Source: Octopus sinensis (lineage: Eukaryota). Taken from it: 55,332 nt of DNA. Both the position numbers and the translations under genes were made by a program. Under the pieces are notes generated by a model. It worked only from the letters and a program-made list of their open reading frames with translations, was not told the DNA's origin and did not search any database. Positions 25,368-37,689 of this stretch are shown piece after piece (position 1 is the stretch's first letter; the number at the start of each line of letters is the position of its first letter). The DNA lies in contig NW_021834523.1 of NCBI RefSeq assembly GCF_006345805.1, positions 1 through 55,332 on the forward strand, read 5' to 3'.

Positions 25368-25779
25368 TAACAATAAAGGGTGAAATTAATTAATTTGGAA
25401 TAATTATCTATTACACCAAGTAGATTTCGGCATGTAAAAGCCTCATTCGAGGAAAATTTAAGTAATACTAAGCGATTAAGGGTTTAGCAACGAATTGCCT
25501 CACCAACACACCGAATTTAGAAATAGCAGTCAAAGAGATATAGCTATTCCTTCTACTAAAAGGGAGATCTCAGTAAAAACACACCATTTGAAAGGCAAAC
25601 ACAGACAGGTAAGAAAGAATGAAATGACGGCAATCTATCATACAATTTTAAGTTACCTACGGACGTACGTTTCGAAATCAAGTTTTAGGAAAGCATAAGA
25701 ATTAGAAAATTCTACCTTAGCCAAACTTCTTTTCTCATCGGCGTAGGATACTACAATTCTGAATAATTGTATATTAAAT

Positions 25780-26112
25780 TTTGAGATACTAGAAGGCTGT
25801 ACGTTCATTAGTCGTTCCTGGGCCAAACGCATCGTTGATATCGGGAGCTTTTACAGCAGCTTTTCGGCCTAGCTTGAACTAGGAATAAAAAAAATTGTGC
25901 GAATTTGCTTTTTGTTCATGTTGTATTCAATATTCCGGAAAAAAATGGCCTAATTATTCAAAAAGAAAAAGAGTAACACGCTTGGATAGAGCGAAAAACG
26001 GGCTTTAAAATGATATACAAAGTCAAAGTAATTTACCGAACATTAATTTGAAAATACATCATTTAAAACCAAAATTTAAAATTACGCGAGAACTTTCTTG
26101 ACAACCTAAATA
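25780..26112 (-). mobile_element. Mariner (Hsmar1/cecropia-like) 5' end: TIR plus N-terminal HTH region
   Basis: TIR ttaggttgtcaagaaagttctcgcg (~26082-26109). ATG at 25919 gives MNKKQIRTIFLF.FKLGRKAAVKAPDINDAFGPGTTNERTA, matching the Hsmar1-type KKQIRAIFLFEFKMGRKAAE. Confidence 0.88.
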
Positions 26113-26123
26113 TGTGTGTGCGC

Positions 26124-26172
<49 letters not shown>

Positions 26173-26174
26173 AA

Positions 26175-26359
26175 GTCAAATTGCGATAAAATAAAATTGG
26201 TCTTTTTCTGTTGACCAATGCTGGCTGTTTTTGTCGGAGTTTCTTATGCATTTTCATCCATTTGCTGACAGTACTTCTCCTCCGCCGTAATGGTTCGCCT
26301 GGATCCCAAAAGCTGTGATGGATGAGACCGGCCCCAGACCACCAAATAGTAACCATGAC

Positions 26360-26360
<1 letters not shown>
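26175..26360 (-). mobile_element. Mariner (Hsmar1-like) catalytic-domain fragment
   Basis: [20 protein letters not shown] / [14 protein letters not shown] / [20 protein letters not shown], read across frameshifts. Confidence 0.88.
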
Positions 26361-26435
<75 letters not shown>

Positions 26436-26436
26436 T

Positions 26437-26523
<87 letters not shown>

Positions 26524-27294
26524 CATATATATGCATATATATATGTATATATATAGATATATAACAAACACATTTTCGCATTCATTCCCGCTTGCATTCA
26601 CATATTGCCGAAATACAGTTAGCTACGGAATATTCTCCAAGTGCTCATTGATGCATAATTCAAAATCAATGTATCTCGTTGTTAACGAATTTGTTACGGG
26701 CTGGTTGAGAAACTATGGTTTTGATATAATACCTGCTCAAACCCAAAGACAAGAAATAAGATCATTTTTTCTTATACTTTCGGAGCGTTTGTATTTGATC
26801 ATATATTGTAGTCAGCAGTGAAGTATATCTATATTGAAAATAGATTAGGTAGTGTCGTATTATATAACCGAATTTACTATAATAAAGAAATGAAACCAAA
26901 CACATATAAGAATGACTTTTCACATTGATACAGTCGGCCACAATTTTGAGAGTATGTTTTTGGGTCGCTTGACTGGAACATCCTTAAGAAACATTGACGG
27001 AACAAATGTCGAAGTTCAACCTCATGACGTAAAAGAGTGCAGGAAAATTCACACACATTGTTGCTGGAATGTATTTTACAAATATTTGTTGAATAGAAAG
27101 ATGGCTGAATAGATGGGTGGTGGGAGCGGGGAATGGATGGATCGATGGGCCTGTGGGTCGATGGATCGGTGGATCTACGAATCGGTGGATCGATGGACAG
27201 ATAGATGGATGGATGACAAAGTCGTCTCCGCTGTAATTTTGCCTCACAACATTAACTCTTCAGCTTTCAGATTTCTTTGTCAAATGTATTGTTT

Positions 27295-27495
27295 GTTACT
27301 CTTTCACTTGTTTCAGACTGCGGCCATGCTGGAGCACCGCCCCTTTAGTCGAGCAAATCGACCCCCAGGACTTATTCTTTGTAAGCCTAGTACTTATTCT
27401 ATCGGTCTATTTTGCCGAACCGCTAAGTTACGGGGACGTAAACACACCAGCATCGGTTGTCAAGCGATGTTGGGGTTACAAATACAGACACACAA
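27295..27495 (-). mobile_element. SINE S2, 3' half
   Basis: gactgcggccatgctggagcaccgc...acacaccagcatcggttgtcaagc. Confidence 0.85.
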
Positions 27496-28703
27496 ATGAG
27501 GAGGTGGAGAAGGAGGAGGAGATGGAGGTGGAGGAGAGGAGATGGAGGTGGAGGAGAGGAGAAGTACGTGAAGTAAATAGGGGCTGCAATAAGGGTGGAG
27601 CACTCGCAGAAAACAGCACTGCATGGAACCGCTCGAATACTCCGGAAGGTGCTCGAAAAATAAGAGGTGTTACCTTAGTTCACTGGTAGTGAACAGCTGA
27701 CACTGTAGTACATCTCCAGCGTCAGAAGCTGTGCAAAGGCAATAATAATAATAATATAATAATAATAATAATAATAATAATAACTAATAATGAATAATAT
27801 AATATAATAATAATAACAATAACAACAATAATCCTTTCTACTATAGACACCAGGCCTGCAATTTGGGGGATTGACCACAGTACTTAACTGGTACTTGATT
27901 TATCGACCCTGACGGCATTTGAACTTAGGATGTACAAACGGACGAAATGCCGCTAAGCACTATAACTATATACACCATGTGCTATGTATATTCTCTACTA
28001 TGTACCATGTATGTATATTTGATTTCTAATTATCCAATATACATATGTATACATATGTTTACACTGAGTAATATATATATATATACTCTGTCAAGTATAT
28101 ACATATATGGCGTGAAGGCGCTCCTTTCTTAAAACGAAGAATTTTTAAAGTCGCTCGCTCAACTAAAAACAGACATCAAATATCCTGAATGTTACATCAT
28201 ACATGTTTAAGTAGAAGAAAAGATTCATTATGCCTGAAAAAGATGGAATGGTAAAAAGCTGAAATATCTGCTCGATCAGGGTTGACCTCTAAGCTAAATA
28301 TAAATAAGAGCAGAACGAATATCTAAACAATATGACTATTTTATCTGTTTTTCTTAAAATATAAATATTTCATCTTAAAATATAAATTTTTGGTCTTAAA
28401 ATATAATTAGTTTATCGTAAAATATAACTAGTTTACATTTTTTTTTTCTTTTATCTTTCACTTGTTGCATCCATTAGAATCAGGCCATGCTGGGGCACCA
28501 GCTTGAAGGATTTTAGTTGAACTTCTCGACCACACTACTTATTTTTTCGTGAAGCCTGGTGCTTATTCTATCGGGCGGTCAACCATGAGACTCATGGCTG
28601 GCCTGTGACAAATTTTTCTGCAAAATAAGGATGTTCTATCCTATTTTTGCTATTCAGCATTATTATTATGTGTTTGAGAATATTAAAATATTTCCATACC
28701 TGC

Positions 28704-28745
<42 letters not shown>

Positions 28746-28769
28746 TATATTGTTTATTCCTTCTCGAGC

Positions 28770-29045
28770 CATACCTGGCTCATAAGGGCCGGTTTCCCGG
28801 TTTCCTTGGCGTATATGTTCCCTACCTGGACGGGACGCCGGTCTGTCGCAAGTAAGCTGCAAGATGCAGGAGGAAAGAGTGAGAGAAAGTTGTGGCGAAA
28901 GAGTCAGCAGAGGTTCGCCATTACCTTCTGCCGGAGCCGGGTGGAGCTTACGTGTTTCACTCATAAACACACACATCGCCCGGTCTGAGATTCTAACCCA
29001 CGATCCCTCGGCCGCGAGCCGGCTTCCCTAATCACTAGGCCATGT
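28770..29045 (-). mobile_element. SINE with S3 head/body and a different, V-domain-like 3' part
   Basis: Shares the head and gagtgagagaaagttgtgg..aaagagt with 2590-2975, but its minus-strand 3' part reads gacagaccggcgtcccgtccaggtaggg...gaaaccgggaaaccggccc. Confidence 0.7.
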
Positions 29046-29047
29046 GC

Positions 29048-29104
<57 letters not shown>

Positions 29105-29109
<5 letters not shown>

Positions 29110-29275
29110 CGGGGTGTCTTTCAGTTTCCTTCTACCAAATCTACTCACATGACTTTTGGTTGGCCCAAGGCTATAGTAGAAGACACATACCCAAGATATC
29201 ACGCAGTGGGACTGAAACCAAAACCATTTAGTTAGGAAGCAAACTTCTCATCATACACTCAAGCCTGCGCCTATA
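29105..29275 (-). mobile_element. SINE S2, 5' half, diverged
   Basis: tctttcagtttcc...ctatagtagaagacac...gcagtgggactgaa. Confidence 0.75.
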
Positions 29276-29864
29276 ATTTCAATAACGGAGAAATAACAGT
29301 GAGAAACACTAACTTGACTAAAGTAGGGATAGTTTTGTTTGTAAAATGCGAAAATAAAATGTAGGAAATAAGCCACAACAGGGGGCGGAGGAATTATCAG
29401 AAGGACTCTGACGGTGTAGGGGACATTTTTAAGGGGAGGAGGAGCGGTGAGACTCTTTCAGATTTAGTTCAGCAAATCATACATCAGCTGACTTAGTTAC
29501 AAAACCGAAAATCGACACAATACTCACAACAACACATTAGACCATCGCAGTCAATTAATCTCAATTTAAACTGGTCACAACTAAGCACATACATCTTCGC
29601 TTCTTAACCCTAACAAACAAACACATGATTCTATTGGATCCCCAAAGGTATAATTCAACGCTATACCATATATATATATAATAAAGGAATGTAACAAAAT
29701 GTAGTATCAACATATTAACTCTTACGACTGTGCTGTCAATATGACTTATTATCTTTTGAAAAGTGGCTCTTGGCAACAAGCTAGAGATAATTGCATCTTA
29801 TTTGTGCATTTGTGGTTTGTTGTGTTTGTGGTTTGCACCGATAGTGGTGGAATAGCATACTGTG

Positions 29865-29917
<53 letters not shown>

Positions 29918-30309
29918 ATTTTCCCAATTATATTCATGTATGTTATATTGTAATAATTACTGGTATCTCTATATATTAATATACTTTATCTCTCTCTCTT
30001 CTATAAATATATTATATATATAATATATTATGTATGTTTGAATGTATGCATGTATGTATATATAATATATATATATAGTATATATATATATCTATATATA
30101 TATTATATAGAAAATAGTAAAGAGTGAAAAAACTACAGAAGGCTTGTTTTATAAGGTTAAAGAATATATTTGAGTCATTATGTTAGAAGAATGTTATAAA
30201 ATTTTTTCATACAGTAATATAGTTTTTGAAGAAATTACCGGTTTCGTGTTAACTTTTCAAATTTCTCAAATGTCTTTACATACATCGTGTTGTCTTCGTT
30301 ATGCAGAGA

Positions 30310-30397
30310 GACAGACAGACAGACAGACAGGCAGGTAGGTAGGAAGTCAGGTAGGTAGGTGGGTAGGTAGGTAGATAGGTAGGTAGGTACGTAGATG

Positions 30398-30447
<50 letters not shown>

Positions 30448-30500
30448 AGATAGATAGATAGATGATATAGATAGATAGATAGATAGATATAGATAGATAT

Positions 30501-30542
<42 letters not shown>

Positions 30543-30575
30543 AGATATAGATAATACATAGATCATAGTAGATAG

Positions 30576-30606
<31 letters not shown>

Positions 30607-30612
30607 CCTACA

Positions 30613-30640
<28 letters not shown>
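30310..30640. repeat. (GACA)n/(GGTA)n/(GATA)n/(CATA)n tetranucleotide array
   Basis: Read directly. Confidence 0.95.
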
Positions 30641-30643
<3 letters not shown>

Positions 30644-31000
30644 GTGTGTAAAATTATACATATATACGTTCCATGTTGTCTGACACAGTTTTGAACCTGG
30701 ATTGGCGAAATTTTGCCTCTCGAGGCAAAGATCATAAGCGATGCGATGTCATATTTTTTTTACTCTGGAACTGTTCTCTTTAGCTGCATGTAAAATCACT
30801 ATAATTATAATATACCCACAAGCACTGCAATAGATATTAGAACAAAATTACCGATTAGAAAAAAATAATTCAGTTACACTAATTATGTAAATCATTTCCG
30901 AGAAGATTGAAAAAGATAAAAATAAAATTAAGAATGAAATACTATTTTCCGTTATGTATTTGTTCTTTTTTTTTTGTAGGTTTCTTTTAACGAAGCTCAG

Positions 31001-31089
31001 AGTTGAACAACCTGTTGGATGCATTGGATGCACCAGTTCTTAGGGAATCTGCGATGTTGATAAACAGAAGACTGACAGAACAGTTTTAA
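31001..31089 (+). CDS. Candidate terminal exon, unknown protein (E)LNNLLDALDAPVLRESAMLINRRLTEQF*
   Basis: Pyrimidine-rich acceptor region ending ctcag, a helical-looking peptide, and AATAAA at 31153. No homologue recognised. Confidence 0.25.
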
Positions 31090-31259
31090 AGCAATTTATT
31101 CCAAAATATAATCAAATCAAAGGAATATATCAATTTATTAATTTTAGGTATTAATAAATCCGATCAAGGTCTTCTAATGTTAGGTCTACCGATATACATA
31201 TGTGTCAGGGATGTACATATGTAGTTATATGCACATATGTATATGTACACATCTATAAG

Positions 31260-31293
<34 letters not shown>

Positions 31294-31521
31294 AGTATAT
31301 ATATATGCATATATATATATATTGTATATATGTGTGTATGTATATATATACACACAAATATATAGATATATATACATTTTTGTGTATGCATATACATATA
31401 TATATATATATATGTATATCAATGTGTCTGTGTACATATGTACTTTATATACATATATGTGTGTGTATGTATGTATGTATATATATATACATGTATATAT
31501 ATATATACATACATATATATG

Positions 31522-31586
<65 letters not shown>

Positions 31587-31869
31587 AAACAATCACAGTA
31601 GATGTTGGGAAGTGGGCGGCCTGTTAGTGTTCACATATAATTGAATATATGAACAAAGCTTCCAGTTTTTGGTCTTAATTAGCCATCTGTAATCAATATT
31701 AATTTATCAATACTCAGGATAGCTGCAGAATAGTCTTTTTTTCCGCACTGAAAGTGTCTGCTAATCTTCTTACGTAATGGAATATATTTGTTATTTCGAA
31801 AACAATTTGTTTTAACATTATCTTTCTTGTTTGTTTTAGCTTTTTGTACATATATATATATATATATAT

Positions 31870-32090
31870 ATTGGTAAAAACGGTAAGATAACAAAAGAAA
31901 GAAAGAAAGAGACCTCAATGTTATGTAAATAGAGGAAATTTATCTGTAAATATAATACGTGACAATTATTCGGTAGCCAAGATAAAACTCTGAGTTTCGG
32001 ATGGCCAGATAACTGAAGAGATGGTGATGTGGATTTCCACCTCGGCATCCGAAACTCAGAGTTTTATCTTGGCGACCGAATAATTGTCAC

Positions 32091-32098
<8 letters not shown>
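31870..32098 (+). mobile_element. Family A hammerhead-bearing element with internal inverted duplication
   Basis: (TA)n on both sides; 31951-32003 is the reverse complement of 32046-32098 with 2 mismatches. Confidence 0.8.
32004..32073 (+). ncRNA. Type I hammerhead ribozyme motif, conserved core bases intact
   Basis: Stem I gccagataa/ttatc(t)tggc; CUGAAGA at 32013-32019; stem II gatg/catc with one extra C; GAAA at 32051-32054; stem III ACUC-A-GAGU; GUU site at 32061-32063. Confidence 0.75.
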
Positions 32099-32163
<65 letters not shown>

Positions 32164-32559
32164 ACACATATATATACAAAAACACAACTGAGGTATACAA
32201 CTGAGACAGTATTGAATATTGAATTTAAATAGTCATCTATGTATCATATTTAGCGTATAGACACCATTAATAGACCAGTTACTGTAGTATTCCTTCGGAT
32301 ATAACAACTCTTATGGACGTCCTGTGTTAAATAACAGAGGGAGATGAAAACTGTGCCACCAGCAGACTGCAGGGTCGCCAGATGTTACATTTCAACTTGC
32401 TTTTGCCTTTCCAGTGATGTGTACTCGCATCGAGCCACGTGCTTGAACGAGACTTCGTCACCTTCAATGTAGGAAACAGTGAATAAAACATTCACTGACG
32501 CTAAGCACAGCCGCCCGGCTGAATTAAAATTCGGTATACGCAACTGAAGTAGTTGTAGA

Positions 32560-33160
32560 ACTCCGTCGGTTGCGACGACAAGGTTCCAGTTGATCCGAAG
32601 AACGAAACAACCTGCTCGCAAAATTAATGTCCAAGTGCCTGAGCAATTCACATACATACTCTTTTACTCTCTCTCTCTCTTTTACTTGTTTCAGTCATTT
32701 TGACTGCGGCCATGCTGGAGCACCGCCTTTAGTTGAGCAAATCGATTCCGGGACTTATTCTTTGTAAGCCCAGTACTTATTCTATCGGTCTCTTTTGCCG
32801 AACCGCTAGGTGACGGGGACGTAAACACACCAGCATCGGTTGTCAAGCAATGCTACGGGGACAAACACAGACACACAAACATATACACACACATACACAC
32901 ATACATATATACATATATACGACAGGCTTCTTTCAGTTTCCGTCTACCAAATCCACTCACAAGGCATTGGTCAGCCTGAGGCTATAGCAGAAGACACTTG
33001 CCCAAGATGCCACGCAGTGGGACTGAACCCAGAACCATGTGGTTGGTAAGCAAGCTACTTACCACACAGCCACTCCTGCGCCTTCAACATGCGTACCTTC
33101 AACATAGCTCTCAGGGAGATTCAGCGTGACAACCGAGTAAGACAAGGCCGGCTTTTTCAA
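32560..33160 (-). mobile_element. SINE S3 3' part interrupted by a full-length SINE S2 (32657-33082, minus strand)
   Basis: S3 tail at 32560-32656 resumes at 33085-33160 (tcagcgtgac...gacaaggccggc). Confidence 0.8.
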
Positions 33161-33505
33161 ATAGCCATCTATGTATCATACTTAACATAGAGACACCATC
33201 GAGAGACCAATTACTGTAGTATTCGTTCGGATATAACAACTCTTATGGACGTTCTGCGTTAAAAACACAATAAATATATTACTCATTTTTGGCAGCTGAG
33301 TGGATTAGAGCAACGTGAAATGAAGTGTATTGCTCAAGGATAAAACGCGTCGCAACCCAAGGACACAGCTTTTCGTCTCTCTCCGATGTTTATTGTTTTT
33401 AACACAGCTTAACACTAAGGGACGTTATCTCAAGATAAATTCCGCAGTAACTGACCTATCAACGGCGTATATACATTATGTATGATATATAAATTTCTCT
33501 TTCAC

Positions 33506-33541
<36 letters not shown>

Positions 33542-33613
33542 TCTTTTAATCTTCACGTATGAGAAGAGAAAAAAGTACTTATGTCAATCGTATTCAATTA
33601 ATAATTTGTAATG

Positions 33614-33662
<49 letters not shown>

Positions 33663-34074
33663 GTCCCTCTCTCTCATTCACTCACTATCCCTCTCACTCT
33701 TTCTATATGTATGTGTATAGTATTGTCCGCGAGCGCGCGCGCGTGTGTGTGCGTGTGTGTGTGTGTGTGCGTGTGCATACTTGTTTGCCTCTCGTGTTAA
33801 ATCGTACTGTCGCCAATACAGGTTGAACGTCCAACCAGCCATGCCAAATCCTCAACGTCCAAACAGCTGCGCCCAATTGTCTCATTACGAACATCACTAC
33901 CTGTCCCCCCACTTCGAGTTCCTTCAACAGAAGGGACTACTTTGCTACAAGCATTGAAGCCAAGTCTCTGATTAGAGGCTACCTTTCTCTCTCTCCCCCT
34001 AATATGGGAATCCCTATGGAGGGTCATTGCCATTACCCTTCTCTCCTGACTAAAACATTTGAAAAACAATGCAT

Positions 34075-34490
34075 GGCGCAGGAGTGGCTGTGTGGTAAGT
34101 AGCTTGCTTACGAACCACATGATTCCGGGTTCATTCCCACTGCGTGGCACCATGGGCAAGTGTCTTCTACTATAGCCTTGGGCCGACCAAAGCCTTGTGA
34201 GTGGATTTGGTAGACGGAAACTGAAAGAAGCCTGTCGTATATATGTATATATATGTGTGTGTGTGTGTGTATGTTTGTGTGTCTGTGTATGTCCCCCCAA
34301 CATCGTTTGACAACCGATGGTGGTATGTTTATGTCCCCGTAACTTAGCGGTTTGGCAAAAAGAGACCGATAGAATAAATACTAGGCTTCCAAAGAATAAG
34401 TCCTGGGGTCGATTTGCTCGACTAAAGGCGGTGCTCCAGCATGGCCGCAGTCAAATGACTGAAACAAGTAAAAGAGTAAAAAGAGAGAGA
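34075..34490 (+). mobile_element. SINE S2, full length
   Basis: Complete head, CORE-like segment and tail. Confidence 0.9.
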
Positions 34491-35336
34491 GTATGGCCAC
34501 ACCAGGCGTCCGTCCATCTTATTTTTTCTTTTCCACGCTTCGCATTTCTTCAGTTCAATCTCAACGAAATATCTGAATCATAAAATAATAGATCTCACTC
34601 TTCAATCACACTAATCCTTTTCAATAAATTCTCTTCGATTAGCTGCCTTATCCAGTCATATATTATTTCGATCTTATTTGATTTCATTTCCTTCAGTAAT
34701 TGTTTTGTTATTTTTATTTTGCTATTGTTTTTCTCATTTATATTATGTATATATATATATATATATATTCTTTTGTTTTGTTTTTATGTAATTAAGGGAC
34801 CGTTTTGTTCGTGTTTTCTTTTCCTTTTTGTATAATCATATTTTTTTTGTGATGCTGTTTTCGTGCAAACTAAGTTAATACGATGTGTAAATATAAACAC
34901 CATATTTCTTTCAACGCCAAAGATTTATAATCTCCTCTTGTCAATAGCAAAGACTTTTGCTTTCGTTATTCCTTCAATTCGGTTATCTTCCCCTTGTTTC
35001 TTCTATCTCGATGATGACTGTGTTTTTGGCCAAAGGCCATCCACATAAACATTGAGTTCTTCTTAAGAAGCAAATAATCAAAACGGATAATAACAAAATT
35101 AATGATTTTTTTTGTATATGTTTTGTAAGTTTTTTTTTCTTCCTAAAACTGATACACATAGCTTTCAAATTTATAGAGTACTGACAATGGTATCTTCCAT
35201 ATGTACTTGTAGCTCGGATATGCAAATGAGAATATCGCAAAATCCTACCAAAATAATACAATATAGATGTAGCTGTTAGAAACACACCACAAAACATGGC
35301 GTACACAAATAAATGCATGCACATACATACATACAT

Positions 35337-35386
<50 letters not shown>

Positions 35387-35399
35387 ATTCATATATATG

Positions 35400-35479
<80 letters not shown>

Positions 35480-36010
35480 TACAATGTACACACAGAGAAT
35501 ATCGTACAAGCTGTAAAGTACACAGAAATATATTATGTATCGTACAAACATTATTATCTGATGTAGAATTCAATGCGATCGGTTGAATGGAAAGACATAT
35601 GTAATATATTACAAGGTGACGGTCTGCTCACCCTGAGATTCAGCTGTTCAGGACGTCGTCCTGGTGGTGGCACTGGTGGTGGTGTGGCTACTACTGTTAC
35701 TACTGCTGCTAGTGGTGGTGATTGTGCTAGAGGTGGATTTAACCCCTGGTCAAGATCACTCCAGATGTAACCATATGTAAGCCACTATGACTTGGATTCC
35801 ACAGATGAACATGGTCTTCACTTGTAAATATTTTGTATAACTTATTCTGCTTGTACATATCTGAGACCTCAAGTAAAAGGTATAAAAACTACAACTTGGT
35901 TCTGAGATGTTCAATACACGGTGTTCTTTCTTGGCGAAGTGATATCTTCTTTTCCAGCCTTCTGAACGGAGCCGTTATTCAGATGGTTCTGCCACGCTAG
36001 GTCACAGCAC

Positions 36011-36062
<52 letters not shown>

Positions 36063-36391
36063 TGGGAAGTTAAACACCAAGACACACACACGTATATATA
36101 TATATATATATACGTGTGTGTATCTTGGTGTTTCACTGCCCACCACCACTCCGATCACTTGACAGTCGGTTTTGGTTGGTTTACGCCCCATAACTTAGAG
36201 GTTCGGCAAAAGAGAAGATAGAATAAGACCGAAACGTTATCAAGAAAAGGAATAATAAATACTGGGTTTGATTCCTTCGACTAAAACCTTCATGGCGGCA
36301 CCCTCAGTATGGTCGCAGTCCCACGAGTGAAGCAAGTAAAATGTAATAGATGATACGACGATACCCTCGTCAGTCCGTCTCTCAAATTTAC

Positions 36392-36436
36392 CTCGGAGGC
36401 GCACTAAAGGGCCGTGAGTACCGTTTTCTCTCATCA
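36392..36436 (-). CDS. Candidate 45-nt symmetric internal exon, DERKRYSRPFSAPP(R/S)
   Basis: Acceptor tttatttatttatttcattttatag, donor GAG/gtaaat, frame-preserving phase 2-2, GC-richer than its flanks. Protein not recognised. Confidence 0.35.
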
Positions 36437-36683
36437 CTATAAAATGAAATAAATAAATAAACTGAAATCCAGTGTTTTACAAGTGTATGAAACCACTGGT
36501 AGTCTGTATTGTATTGTTTCGTTGTTTGTTGAAAGACTGGTAATAAACGTTGCGTAATAGCATTAACTTTGTTGAAGCAATGCAGCAACGTATGACGTGA
36601 TAATCTGTTTTAACCGCACAGACAAAACAGATTTAAATGAATAATGGAGTAGCAGTAAAGCTGTAAAATTGTTAATACACACA

Positions 36684-36784
<101 letters not shown>

Positions 36785-37184
36785 GTATGTATGTATATAT
36801 ATATATATATTTCTATGTATGTGCGTATGAATATGAGTTTGGTTGTACGAACAGTAGAAATACAACTCAGTTCATAAAATACACCGTGTATATTTCTTTA
36901 TCCTTTAACTATAAAGCTGCATAAGTGGTTTAAGAGCCTAAAGTTTCATCGGTGTATTTTTCAATCTGCTTTAGTTTAACAAGTGTCATACACCGAAATA
37001 GTACGGCCCTAGCTTTACTTGTTTAACTTTACAGCTAAAAGAAACACACACATACACATGAACATATATGCATGTATGAACACAGAGACAGAGAGACAGA
37101 GACAGAGACAGACAGACAGACCGACAGACAAATATTTTGAGACAGACACAGAGACTGGGAGATGGAGCAATCAGAAGGGAAAAT

Positions 37185-37355
37185 AAAAACCAATATGGCT
37201 CGCAACCTAAGGCGATGAGCTGGCCAAAATTCCGCCGAGGTTGACTTCACCTTTCACCCTTTTGGAATCGATAAACTAAGTACCAGTTGCGTACTGGGAT
37301 CGATCTAATCGACTGGCCCCCTTCCCAAAAATTTCGGGCCTTGTGCCTAGGATAG
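37185..37355 (+). mobile_element. SINE S1
   Basis: aaattccgccgaggttgacttcacctttcacccttttggaatcgataaactaagtaccag. Confidence 0.8.
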
Positions 37356-37689
37356 AAAAGAATATTGATCGCAACGTTAACTTTAGTTAAGGTTGCGGTT
37401 GTTTCAGATGGCTAGAGGAAGTATTTTATTTTGATACGCTAGTTTGTACGCATAATCAATTAATGAAACAATTAGTCCTCATCCATTCACGTCAGCCTCT
37501 AAAATTATATTGGCAGATTTCAAAAGTTTCCAACAAGCGCATGTTCTATCTGATTTTTTACATAGAATTAACGTTATAAGTTTTTCCATTCATATATAAC
37601 AGCAGATGGGAATTGTAGATAACTGTCATATCAAATAACCTTCCATGACTTCGTATAAACTCCCAAACTCACAGCTCTCAAGTTCAAAT

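Noticed and set aside
25405-25465. Minus-strand cctcgaatgaggc...gccgaaa next to (TA)n as a hammerhead
   Set aside because: Stem II and GAAA are present, but the 5' core is non-canonical and stems I and III cannot be drawn.
29380-29395. GC box gggggcggagg as a promoter element
   Set aside because: An isolated motif with no CpG island or identifiable downstream first exon.
35520-35990. Possible fourth PLE relic (KLYKIF, FYI) or exon; similar weak trace at 3640-3830 (KLSANE)
   Set aside because: Only isolated short motifs, which is insufficient without a profile search.
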